Below are positions 19,811-28,328 of a DNA stretch of 50,099 nt, piece by piece. The notes below the pieces were generated by a model. The model was given only the letters and a program-made list of their open reading frames with translations, ran no database searches and was not told the origin of the DNA. Position numbers and translations under genes: made by a program. The stretch comes from Tolumonas sp. (GTDB lineage: Bacteria > Pseudomonadota > Gammaproteobacteria > Enterobacterales > Aeromonadaceae), in the NCBI GenBank assembly GCA_003251455.1, contig QKFI01000233.1:1-50099 (forward strand), written 5' to 3'. Each line of letters opens with the position of its first letter. Positions within the stretch are counted from its first letter, which is position 1.

Positions 19811-21732
19811 GTTTGATCCGTAGTTGTTTCTGCAGCAAAAGCTTTTTCCATTTCTTCAAGTTCTTCAGAAAGGGTCATCCATTGCAATTCAATTTCTTCG
19901 AGTTCGTTTTTCAACGAGCCCTGACGAGTAAGTAGCGATGTTAGCTGCTGTTTATTACTATCCTGATAAAGCGAGGTATCAGAGAGTTGCGTTTCGATTT
20001 CCTCCAACGCATTTTGTAGTTTTGTCATCTGCTGTTCGCTTTTTTCCAGCTTTTGTTTCACTGGGCGCGTCTGTTGACGGAACTCAGCTTCACGACGCTT
20101 CTGGTCTTTTCGGGAAGCGGCACTTTGCGTGTTAACAATATCCGCTGCGGTTTCTTTATCTTGTTTTAGTGCTGAGTTTCGTTTTTCTTCTTCATTCAGC
20201 CATTTGTGATAGTCATCCAGATCACCATCAAAAGGTTCCAGTCGTTGCTGGTGGACAAGATAGAACTCGTCTGTAGTGGTTCGCAGTAAGTGTCGATCAT
20301 GCGAAACGACAACCATGGCACCTTCAAAGCCTTGTAAGGCGAGAGTCAATGCTTCACGCATTTCCAGATCAAGGTGGTTCGTTGGTTCATCCATGAGTAA
20401 CAGGTTGGGCTTTTGCCAGACTAACAGAGCCAGTACTAAGCGAGCCTTTTCTCCACCCGAGAATGTATCGATTGGTTCAAGCGCTTTGTCACCATGAAAA
20501 CCAAACCCTCCAAGATAGTTTCGTAACTCTTGTTCGGGTGTTTGAGGCGCCAGTCGTACCATATGCTGCAGCGGGCTATCGCCTGACTGTAATGTTTCCA
20601 GTTGATGCTGAGCAAAGTAACCGATTTTAACGCCTTTACTGGGTTCTAACTTACCCGCGATCGGTGTCAACTCACCTGCAAGGAGTTTAATGAACGTTGA
20701 TTTACCGGCACCATTTCGTCCTAATAAACCAATACGTGATCCTGGAACCAGGTTTAATTTGATTTTTTGTAGAATGATTTTGTCGCCATAACCTGCACTT
20801 AAATTTTCCATGCTAATTAACGGCGTTGGCAGCGACTCAGGTTCGCGAAATTGGAACTGAAACTGGGAATCAACATGTGCAGGTAAAATCAGCTCCATGC
20901 GCTCCATTGCTTTCAGTCGGCTTTGTGCCTGACGCGCTTTGGTCGCTTTATAGCGGAAGCGATCGACATAATCCTGCATCTTTTTCAGCTGTTTATCATA
21001 CAGAGATTGTTGTTGTGCCAGTGCTGAAGCTCGCTGGATTTCAAAATCTGAATAATTGCCGGTGTATTCATTCAATTTCTGATTTTCAATATGAATAATT
21101 CGGCCGATGACACGATCCAGAAAATCCCGGTCATGAGAAATGAGGATCAAAGTTCCCCGATAGCTTTTCAGCCACGATTCAAGCCAGATAACCGCATCGA
21201 GATCCAAGTGGTTTGTTGGTTCATCCAGTAACAATAAGTCTGAACGACAAATTAGGTTCAAGCGCATTCGCCAGCCACCAGAAAAAGAAGAGACTGGTTG
21301 CTGGTGTTGTTCGCTGCTAAAGCCCAGACCATGTAATAGTTCACCGGCTCTTGATTTGATTGTATAGGCACCAACAGCTTCCATCTTGCCGTGTAGTTCG
21401 GCTATTTGGATCCCATCACCGGCAGTTTCTGCTTCAGTTAACGCTTTTTCCAGTTGACGAAACTCATGGTCACCATCAATGACGTATTCTAATGCGGAGC
21501 AATCTAACGCGGGTGTTTCCTGGGCAACGGTTGCGATTTGCCATTGGGCGGGCACACTGACAGAGCCTGCATCGATCTGTAATTCGCCTTTTAATAAAGC
21601 AAACAAGGTTGATTTGCCGCAGCCATTTTTACCAACTAAACCGACCTTTTGGCCTGGATGAATCGTTGCTGTGGCTTCGACCAGTAACGGCGTATTACCT
21701 CGCAGGAGAGAAATCTGGGAAATTGTTATCAT
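19804..21732 (-). CDS. yheS: ABC-F ATPase YheS (two apparent short in-frame deletions)
   Basis: Two ABC domains (GKNGCGKST, GRNGAGKST, DEPTNHLD twice), no TM segments, coiled-coil C-terminus. Confidence 0.92.
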   Translation of the reverse strand: MITISQISLLRGNTPLLVEATATIHPGQKVGLVGKNGCGKSTLFALLKGELQIDAGSVSVPAQWQIATVAQETPALDCSALEYVIDGDHEFRQLEKALTEAETAGDGIQIAELHGKMEAVGAYTIKSRAGELLHGLGFSSEQHQQPVSSFSGGWRMRLNLICRSDLLLLDEPTNHLDLDAVIWLESWLKSYRGTLILISHDRDFLDRVIGRIIHIENQKLNEYTGNYSDFEIQRASALAQQQSLYDKQLKKMQDYVDRFRYKATKARQAQSRLKAMERMELILPAHVDSQFQFQFREPESLPTPLISMENLSAGYGDKIILQKIKLNLVPGSRIGLLGRNGAGKSTFIKLLAGELTPIAGKLEPSKGVKIGYFAQHQLETLQSGDSPLQHMVRLAPQTPEQELRNYLGGFGFHGDKALEPIDTFSGGEKARLVLALLVWQKPNLLLMDEPTNHLDLEMREALTLALQGFEGAMVVVSHDRHLLRTTTDEFYLVHQQRLEPFDGDLDDYHKWLNEEEKRNSALKQDKETAADIVNTQSAASRKDQKRREAEFRQQTRPVKQKLEKSEQQMTKLQNALEEIETQLSDTSLYQDSNKQQLTSLLTRQGSLKNELEEIELQWMTLSEELEEMEKAFAAETTTDQTC

Positions 21733-21760
21733 GAACGAATCTGTGTGTGCCGGAATTAAA

Positions 21761-21771
21761 GGCGCATTATA
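21761..21771 (-). promoter_or_regulatory. -10 element with GC-rich discriminator upstream of yheS
   Basis: TATAATGCGCC on the minus strand about 30 nt upstream of the start codon; -35 is weak. Confidence 0.45.
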
Positions 21772-21874
21772 CGGTGTATTCCGAACTGAATCAGCAGTTG
21801 ACGATTATCTGATGTTGTGTTCCTGCTTATCTTTCCGGTATGCTGATTCAGTATTTGTTTTTTTACCGGGATGC

Positions 21875-22549
21875 ATGATGAAGATTACTCATTTAAGTGT
21901 TGTGACACTGGATTACACCGTGCTGGATGATGCAGGTGAAGTGTTGGATACCACCGAAGGTCGTGAGCCGTTGGTATATCTGCATGGCAGTGGCTTTTTA
22001 GTTCCAGGACTACGTGAAGAAGGCGACAGTTTCGAAGTTGTTGTTCCTGCGAGCGACGCTTATGGTGAGTATGAAGATGCTTTAGTTCAGGAAGTACCTG
22101 GTGAGCTGTTTGACGGTATGGAAGTCGCGGAAGGGGATACTTTTGTGGCTGATACGGATGATGGTCATCGTCCTGTTACCATTGTTGAAGTCTCTGAAGA
22201 TACCGTAAAAGTTGATGCCAACCATCCACTGGCAGGTATGGATCTGCACTTCAAGGTGGCTGTTCGCGGTGTTCGCGCTGCAACAGCTGAAGAAATTGCT
22301 CATGGACATGTTCATGATGGCGAACATCATCACCATCATGGTGACGGTGGCTGTTGCGGTGGTCATGGCCATCATGGTCACTCTCATGGTGAAGAAGGTG
22401 GCTGCTGTGGTGGTCACGGTCACGATGAAGAAGCCGGTTGCTGTGGTGGTCATGACCACGATGATGATCATGAATGTTGTGGTGGTAAAGGTCATGCTCA
22501 TGAAGAAGAACATGAGTGTTGCGGAGGCCAGGGCGGCTGTCGTCACTAA
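21875..22549 (+). CDS. slyD: FKBP-type PPIase / metallochaperone SlyD with a long His/Cys tail
   Basis: PLVYLHG, DAYGE, VDANHPLAG, RAATAEEIAHGHVH; CCGG-repeat tail. Confidence 0.95.
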   Translation: MMKITHLSVVTLDYTVLDDAGEVLDTTEGREPLVYLHGSGFLVPGLREEGDSFEVVVPASDAYGEYEDALVQEVPGELFDGMEVAEGDTFVADTDDGHRPVTIVEVSEDTVKVDANHPLAGMDLHFKVAVRGVRAATAEEIAHGHVHDGEHHHHHGDGGCCGGHGHHGHSHGEEGGCCGGHGHDEEAGCCGGHDHDDDHECCGGKGHAHEEEHECCGGQGGCRH

Positions 22550-22550
22550 T

Positions 22551-22580
22551 AAAAATCCCGCCAACTGGCGGGATTTTTTT
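22551..22580. terminator. bidirectional terminator between slyD and fur
   Basis: AAAAATCCCGCC-AACT-GGCGGGATTTTTT. Confidence 0.88.
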
Positions 22581-22605
22581 AACTGATTTATTAAATCCGA
22601 GATGA

Positions 22606-23037
22606 TTATTTATTTTTTTCTGCACAATCACCAGTGGTGCAGTGGCCATACAGATACAAACTATGGTGTGTAAGCTTCATTCCATGCTGTTCTGCAATTT
22701 CTTTTTGTCGCTGTTCAATGATTTCATCTGAAAACTCGACGACTTTACCGCAATCCAGACATACCAGATGATCATGATGATGTTGCTGGGATAGCTCAAA
22801 TACAGATTTTCCACCTTCAAAATGATGGCGGGTGACGATTCCTGCATCATCGAATTGGTTTAATACGCGATATACAGTTGCCAGTCCAATTTCTTCGCCA
22901 TTATCAAGCAAAAGTTTATACAGGTCTTCAGCACTAATATGCTGACATTCTGGCTGACGCAAATACTCAAGAATTTTCACGCGTGGTGATGTAATTTTCA
23001 GTCCGGCGTCTTTTAATTGCTGGTTATGGTCTGTCAT
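22606..23037 (-). CDS. fur: ferric uptake regulator
   Basis: LKDAGLKIT.PR, GLATVYRVLNQF, HHHDHLVCLDCG. Confidence 0.98.
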   Translation of the reverse strand: MTDHNQQLKDAGLKITSPRVKILEYLRQPECQHISAEDLYKLLLDNGEEIGLATVYRVLNQFDDAGIVTRHHFEGGKSVFELSQQHHHDHLVCLDCGKVVEFSDEIIEQRQKEIAEQHGMKLTHHSLYLYGHCTTGDCAEKNK

Positions 23038-23152
23038 AGCTCTCTGTTTTCTTGGGGCTGTATGAAGCTTCAGCGATTAAGCTTTCATACCATTATATGG
23101 TGCATTTTTAATAAAAAGAAATTGTTCCGTAATATGATTTAATATTTAGATA

Positions 23153-23185
23153 AAAATAAACCCGTATTATTCACGGGTTTATTTT
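23153..23185 (-). terminator. terminator of fldA
   Basis: AAAATAAACCCGT-7 nt-ACGGGTTTATTTT. Confidence 0.75.
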
Positions 23186-23199
23186 GAAAATGCGGTGAA

Positions 23200-23724
23200 T
23201 TATGCGAGTTCGTCGAGACACATCTCTTCACGAAGTTGCTGGCACCAAGCAGCAACTCGTTCCGCTGTGAGCTCTGGTTGGCGATCTTCATCAATGCCTA
23301 AGCCAACAAAATGTTTGTCATCAACTAAAGCTTTTGATGCCTCAAACTGATAACCATCTGTTGGCCAATAGCCAACGATCGTTGCGCCTTTTGCGGTCAC
23401 ATTGTCACGTAGTGTTCCCATGGCATCAAGGAAGTATTCTGCATAGTCTTCCTGATCACCACAGCCGAAAATAGCAACCAGTTTTGTACTGAAATCTACT
23501 TTTTCCAGCTCAGGATAGAAGTCATCCCAATCTGCCTGTGATTCGCCGTAATACCAGGTTGGAATACCCAGGATCAACAAATCATATTTTTCGATGTCAG
23601 CTTTGGTGCTTTGAGCGATATCCATTACATCTACGAGTTCATTACCCAGTTCTTTCTGGATCATGCCTGCAACTGCTTCTGTATTACCGGTATCGCTACC
23701 AAAGAACAGACCAATCAATGCCAT
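23200..23724 (-). CDS. fldA: flavodoxin 1
   Basis: FFGSDTGNTE, GIPTWYYGE, GCGDQEDY, DEDRQPELT. Confidence 0.97.
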   Translation of the reverse strand: MALIGLFFGSDTGNTEAVAGMIQKELGNELVDVMDIAQSTKADIEKYDLLILGIPTWYYGESQADWDDFYPELEKVDFSTKLVAIFGCGDQEDYAEYFLDAMGTLRDNVTAKGATIVGYWPTDGYQFEASKALVDDKHFVGLGIDEDRQPELTAERVAAWCQQLREEMCLDELA

Positions 23725-23765
23725 GAGTTATCCTTGTTCGTCGGAAATCAAAAAAATGCTGTTTA

Positions 23766-24059
23766 TTATTTTAGCTGTCCGCCTCGATGGGCGCTAACGT
23801 ATTGCTGAACTAATTCCTGAATCAACTCTGCACGACTCATCGCTCGTGCATCTGCTAGATGATTGAGATCATTTAATATTTCAGCATCAAGTTTGAGTTC
23901 AACACGATGAAGCCCTTTCTCCTTATCCCGTTTAAGCTGATTTCGCTTATTGATTTTTAATTGCAAATCTCGGGGATGAGGATTTGTTTTGGGGCGCCCT
24001 GGACGCTTTTCATCAGCAAACAGATCCAGTGTAATGCGATCCGATTGATGTTTTGCCAT
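23766..24059 (-). CDS. ybfE: YbfE ribbon-helix-helix protein
   Basis: DRITLDLFADEKRPGRPKT, INKRNQLKRD. Confidence 0.92.
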   Translation of the reverse strand: MAKHQSDRITLDLFADEKRPGRPKTNPHPRDLQLKINKRNQLKRDKEKGLHRVELKLDAEILNDLNHLADARAMSRAELIQELVQQYVSAHRGGQLK

Positions 24060-24108
24060 ATGTTTTATTACTGCCAGATAAAGGTTCAGGTGCGTGTATT
24101 TCTCAATT

Positions 24109-24125
24109 GGGGGCGCACTATACCA
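24109..24125 (-). promoter_or_regulatory. extended -10 promoter of ybfE-fldA with a GC-rich discriminator
   Basis: TGG-TATAGT-GCGCCCCC on the minus strand. Confidence 0.5.
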
Positions 24126-24167
24126 TATTGTTTCTTAAATCATAATCTGGTCATGTAGTACTTTTGT

Positions 24168-24941
24168 TTATTCTGTGCCCAGAAAACGACTGATAATCTG
24201 GTTAAACATGGATGGCTTTTCCGCATGAAGCCAATGTCCGCAGCCTGACATAATATGTGCTTTGGCATTTGGAAATTGTTGGCGAATGATGTCCTGATGC
24301 TCAGGTAACAGGTAGTCTGAGTTTCCGCCTTTGATAAAAAGGGTTTTGCCCTGAAACTGTAATCCATCATATGGCCAGTCCATGATGTCCTGATAGTGCT
24401 GCTCCAGCGTTTCAAGATTGAATTGCCATCGCGTTGGTGAAGTTGCTGAAAAAGATTTCAGTAAAAATTGTCTGACGGCAAGGTCACCCAGAAAAGGCTG
24501 CATCACTACATCAGCTTCTTTTCTTGAGTTTGGTTGTTGTTGTGCAACAGCATTCAATGCTGCCAGAACTGCGATATGGCGATGCTCTGTATAAGTAACT
24601 GGAGACATATCAGCCACGATCAGTGATGCAACCTGTTCTGGCTGTTTGAGCGCACAAGCCATTGCAACTTTGCCGCCCATTGAGTGACCAATTAAAGTGG
24701 CTTTTTGAATATTGAGAAACGATAACAATTCAAAGATGTCACTTGCCATCAGCTCATAATTCATGGATTCAGACCATGATGACAAGCCATGGTTTCTTAA
24801 ATCAATCGTAATAACAGGGTATTGGGCAATTAGATGATTTTTTAATAAACCAAGATTGTCCTGTTTTCCAAATAAGCCATGAATCAAAACAATTGGGGTT
24901 TCATTTTTGTTTTGTTCGAAAAATTGATAATTCAACGTCAT
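24168..24941 (-). CDS. ybfF: esterase YbfF (alpha/beta hydrolase)
   Basis: IHGLFG, DLRNHG, GHSMGGK, GHWLHAEKP; synteny with seqA. Confidence 0.93.
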   Translation of the reverse strand: MTLNYQFFEQNKNETPIVLIHGLFGKQDNLGLLKNHLIAQYPVITIDLRNHGLSSWSESMNYELMASDIFELLSFLNIQKATLIGHSMGGKVAMACALKQPEQVASLIVADMSPVTYTEHRHIAVLAALNAVAQQQPNSRKEADVVMQPFLGDLAVRQFLLKSFSATSPTRWQFNLETLEQHYQDIMDWPYDGLQFQGKTLFIKGGNSDYLLPEHQDIIRQQFPNAKAHIMSGCGHWLHAEKPSMFNQIISRFLGTE

Positions 24942-25054
24942 TACAAATCTAATCATGTTTGTTTTACAGAATATTAACAAATTTGATGAACACATGAAGA
25001 CAGAATCGTTATTTATCGAGCCGCGATTTCTTGTATCTAAACTGTATTTTTTAA

Positions 25055-25068
25055 TTGATTATTATCTA
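25055..25068. promoter_or_regulatory. FNR-like box in the ybfF/seqA intergenic region
   Basis: TTGAT-TATT-ATCTA, 9/10 match to TTGAT-N4-ATCAA. Confidence 0.35.
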
Positions 25069-25086
25069 ACCAGTTGGTTTCAAAAG

Positions 25087-25100
25087 TGAAACTGGTTTCA
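25087..25100. promoter_or_regulatory. LacI-family (AscG-like) operator candidate
   Basis: TGAAACTGGTTTCA, 13/14 match to TGAAACCGGTTTCA; extra half-site GGTTTCA at 25076-25082. Confidence 0.45.
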
Positions 25101-25287
25101 GGCTTTGGACACCAGCTTAATTGAGAGCGGAATCACAGATTTGTATGGGGACGGGTGTTGTGCTGCATGGTTTATGCGACTGTGAAACACAGAATAAGCG
25201 GAATCTGTTTGTACTAGCGTTAGGTTTGATGCTGTGGCTTATGTATAATTCCGGCTGTAATTTGTTTTTTAGTCGGAACAGTGAAAC

Positions 25288-25803
25288 ATGAAAACCATCG
25301 AGGTTGATGAGCAACTCTATCGTTATATTGCTAGCCGGACATTACACATAGGTGAAAGTGCGTCAGATATACTTCGACGTTTATTGTCTTTGCCCACTGA
25401 AGCTGTGCAAGCAAATGCGGTAGAAGATCATCTGACTCAACAAGCAGCTGAAAGTATTGAACCTGAGCAATTGCTGAAAATGACCCTCGATGAAGTTCAG
25501 CTTTCAAAAGAAGAAAGTGCAATTGCGCGTTTTATGTTGATTTTGTCAGCGTTATATCGTGCTCAGCCGGGTAATTTCTCACAAGCAGCAGATATTAAAG
25601 GTCGGAAGCGTATTTACTTCTCGCAAGATCCTCAGGCGTTATTGGAAAACGGCAATACAACAAAACCTAAACAAGTACCAGATACGCCTTATTGGGTTAT
25701 TACCAACACGAATACAGGCCGTAAGCGACTGATCATTGAGCAGTTGATGCAGGCGATGGGGTACTCTGCTGACACAATTGCAGAGGTGTGTAACAAAGTT
25801 TAG
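25288..25803 (+). CDS. seqA: replication initiation negative regulator SeqA
   Basis: MKTIEVDEQLYRYIAS.T.HIGESASDILRRLL, PYWVITNTNTGRK. Confidence 0.97.
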   Translation: MKTIEVDEQLYRYIASRTLHIGESASDILRRLLSLPTEAVQANAVEDHLTQQAAESIEPEQLLKMTLDEVQLSKEESAIARFMLILSALYRAQPGNFSQAADIKGRKRIYFSQDPQALLENGNTTKPKQVPDTPYWVITNTNTGRKRLIIEQLMQAMGYSADTIAEVCNKV

Positions 25804-25818
25804 AACAGGAAGTCGAAG

Positions 25819-27468
25819 ATGGCACAACATCCACATGCTGGGAAACCTGCACGGGTAGAAGATCTAACCAATATTCCGCGTTTAGTTGCTGCTTATTATC
25901 TCAATAAACCCGATATGTCGTTACCGGAGCAACGTGTTGCTTTTGGTACATCAGGCCATCGTGGTAGTTCATTAAATTCTGCATTTACTGAATCTCATAT
26001 TCAGGCGGTGAGTCAGGCACTTGCTGAGTATCGCCAGAGTAAGGGGATTACAGGTCCTTTATTTATTGGTATGGATACCCATGCCTTATCTGAAGCTGCG
26101 TTAGCGAGTGCAGTTCAGGTCTTAGCGGCAAATGGTGTGAAGGTGCGCATTCAGCAAGGCTTAGGCTATACACCTACACCAGTCGTTTCTCATGCAATCC
26201 TGACTTATAACAGTGCAAAACATGCAGATCAGGCGGATGGTGTGGTGATCACTCCGTCTCATAATCCGCCAGAAGATGGTGGTTTCAAATATAACCCGCC
26301 TCATGGTGGTCCTGCTGAAGGGGAAATCACGAAGTGGGTTGAAAACCGTGCGAATGAAATTCTGGAGCAAGGTTCTGTTGCGGTCAAAGTGATGCCATAC
26401 GCAGCAGCAATGGCATCTGCTTTTGTTGAAGAATATGACTATGTCACCCCTTATGTGAATGATCTGGCGAATGTGCTGGATATGGAAGCGATTCGTAAAG
26501 CTGGTATTAAAATCGGTGTTGATCCACTCGGTGGTGCTGGTGTTGCATACTGGGATGTCATTGCAAAAACTTACGGCTTGAACATTGAGGTTGTAAATTA
26601 CCGCGTTGATCCAACCTTCTCTTTCATGACATTGGATAAAGACGGCAAAGTGCGTATGGACTGCTCAAGCCCATGGGCAATGGCAAGCCTGATCGGTCTG
26701 AAAGATAAATTTGATATCGCGCTGGGTAATGATCCTGATTATGACCGTCATGGGATTGTGACTAAATCTGGTTTGATGAATCCAAACCATTATCTGGCAG
26801 TTGCGATTCAATATCTGTTCACGCATCGTGCTGGATGGCCGGCAAATGCTGCTGTTGGTAAGACACTGGTATCTTCCTCAATCATTGATCGCGTTGCTGC
26901 TAAAATTGGTCGTGATCTGAAAGAAGTTCCAGTTGGATTCAAATGGTTCGTTGATGGTCTGTTTGATGGCAGTTTTGGTTTCGGCGGCGAAGAAAGTGCT
27001 GGCGCATCGTTCCTGCGTAAAGACGGCACAGTCTGGACTACAGATAAAGATGGTTTCATTCTCGCGCTGCTGGCTGCTGAAATTATGGCTGTGACTGGCA
27101 AAGATCCACAACAGCTATACAACGAGTTGACCGAAGAGTTTGGTGCGCCTGTTTACCGTCGTATTGATGCGCCGGCAAATACTGCACAGAAAGCTGTATT
27201 ATCGAAACTGAGCCCAGATATGGTGGAAGCAACTGAACTGGCCGGTGAAGCGATTATTGCCAAACTGACGAATGCACCAGGCAATAATGCTGCGATTGGT
27301 GGATTAAAAGTCGTTACAGAAAATGGCTGGTTTGCTGCTCGTCCGAGTGGTACAGAATCTATATATAAAATCTATATGGAAAGTTTTAAAGGCGAAGCGC
27401 ATCTGGATGCGATTCAGCAAGAAGCACAACAAATTGTTTCTGCAACCTTGGCAAAAGCTGGCGTTTAA
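25819..27468 (+). CDS. pgm: phosphoglucomutase
   Basis: [33 protein letters not shown]. Confidence 0.98.
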   Translation: MAQHPHAGKPARVEDLTNIPRLVAAYYLNKPDMSLPEQRVAFGTSGHRGSSLNSAFTESHIQAVSQALAEYRQSKGITGPLFIGMDTHALSEAALASAVQVLAANGVKVRIQQGLGYTPTPVVSHAILTYNSAKHADQADGVVITPSHNPPEDGGFKYNPPHGGPAEGEITKWVENRANEILEQGSVAVKVMPYAAAMASAFVEEYDYVTPYVNDLANVLDMEAIRKAGIKIGVDPLGGAGVAYWDVIAKTYGLNIEVVNYRVDPTFSFMTLDKDGKVRMDCSSPWAMASLIGLKDKFDIALGNDPDYDRHGIVTKSGLMNPNHYLAVAIQYLFTHRAGWPANAAVGKTLVSSSIIDRVAAKIGRDLKEVPVGFKWFVDGLFDGSFGFGGEESAGASFLRKDGTVWTTDKDGFILALLAAEIMAVTGKDPQQLYNELTEEFGAPVYRRIDAPANTAQKAVLSKLSPDMVEATELAGEAIIAKLTNAPGNNAAIGGLKVVTENGWFAARPSGTESIYKIYMESFKGEAHLDAIQQEAQQIVSATLAKAGV

Positions 27469-27480
27469 ACAAACTTAATA

Positions 27481-27508
27481 AAAAGCCCTGATCATTCAGG
27501 GCTTTTTT
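27481..27508. terminator. bidirectional terminator between pgm and sapF
   Basis: AAAAGCCCTGA-TCAT-TCAGGGCTTTTTT. Confidence 0.85.
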
Positions 27509-27542
27509 GTTTTTTGATTTCGTCAAATAAACGTATGGATTT

Positions 27543-28328
27543 TTAGCGTCGATATTCGTGACCATGGTTCTGTATCAGGCGTTTGGTTACATCATGCTCC
27601 GGATTTTCAAACACATCATTGGTGTTTCCGATTTCAACAATTTCTCCCTGATGCATAATCATCACTTTATCGCTGATATGTTTTACTAGTCCTAAATCGT
27701 TTGCCACGATGACGTAAGACCAACCAAACCTGGATTGTAATTCCAGCAATAAGTTCACTATCTGGGAACGCATGGAAACATCCAGCATCGAAAAAGCTTC
27801 GTCAGCCACAATGATTTTTGGATCCAGAATCAATGCGCGAGCCAATGCGACGCGTTGTTTTTGACCCAAAGAGAGCATTTTGGGATAGAACAAAGCATGT
27901 TCTGGTAAGAGTCCTACCAACCGGAGTGTGTCGATAACGGTGTTTGCACGCTCTTGTTCCGTTAACTCTGTATTAAGTCGTAACGGCGCTTCAAGAATCC
28001 GTCCGATACGTAATCGTGGATTCAATGATGAGTTGGGATCCTGGAAAACCATGCGGATCAATTTGCAGCGTTTTTCAGTATCATCAAACGCAATTTCTTC
28101 ACCATTCACTTCGATAGAACCAGAAGATGGCGGTGTAACGCCAGCCAGAATTTTGGCTAACGTACTTTTGCCTGAACCAGTTTCGCCAACCAACGCCAGG
28201 GTTTCGCCTGCTTCTAAGGTAAACGAAATATCTCGTAACACTTGCACTGGCTTACGTCGGAAGAGTCCAACCCGGTTGTAGTATATTTTGCTAATACCAC
28301 CAACACGAAGCAACGGTGTCATACTCAT
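27543..28328 (-). CDS. sapF: Sap ABC transporter ATPase SapF
   Basis: GETGSGKST, IRMVFQDP, HALFYPKML, GQKQRVALARALIL; ATGA overlap with the sapD stop. Confidence 0.9.
   Translation of the reverse strand: MSMTPLLRVGGISKIYYNRVGLFRRKPVQVLRDISFTLEAGETLALVGETGSGKSTLAKILAGVTPPSSGSIEVNGEEIAFDDTEKRCKLIRMVFQDPNSSLNPRLRIGRILEAPLRLNTELTEQERANTVIDTLRLVGLLPEHALFYPKMLSLGQKQRVALARALILDPKIIVADEAFSMLDVSMRSQIVNLLLELQSRFGWSYVIVANDLGLVKHISDKVMIMHQGEIVEIGNTNDVFENPEHDVTKRLIQNHGHEYRR

Noticed and set aside
21671-21874. 68-aa N-terminal extension of SlyD in the ORF track
   Set aside because: It overlaps the yheS start and promoter; SlyD homology begins at MKI (21878).
22082-22649. Three overlapping ORFs (160, 124 and 132 aa) around the slyD tail
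   Set aside because: They are shadow frames of the low-complexity His/Gly/Cys codon repeats, with no RBS or family motif.
24060-24167. LexA box expected upstream of ybfE
   Set aside because: The only CTG...CAG pair has a 13-nt spacer, not 10; no SOS box is supported.
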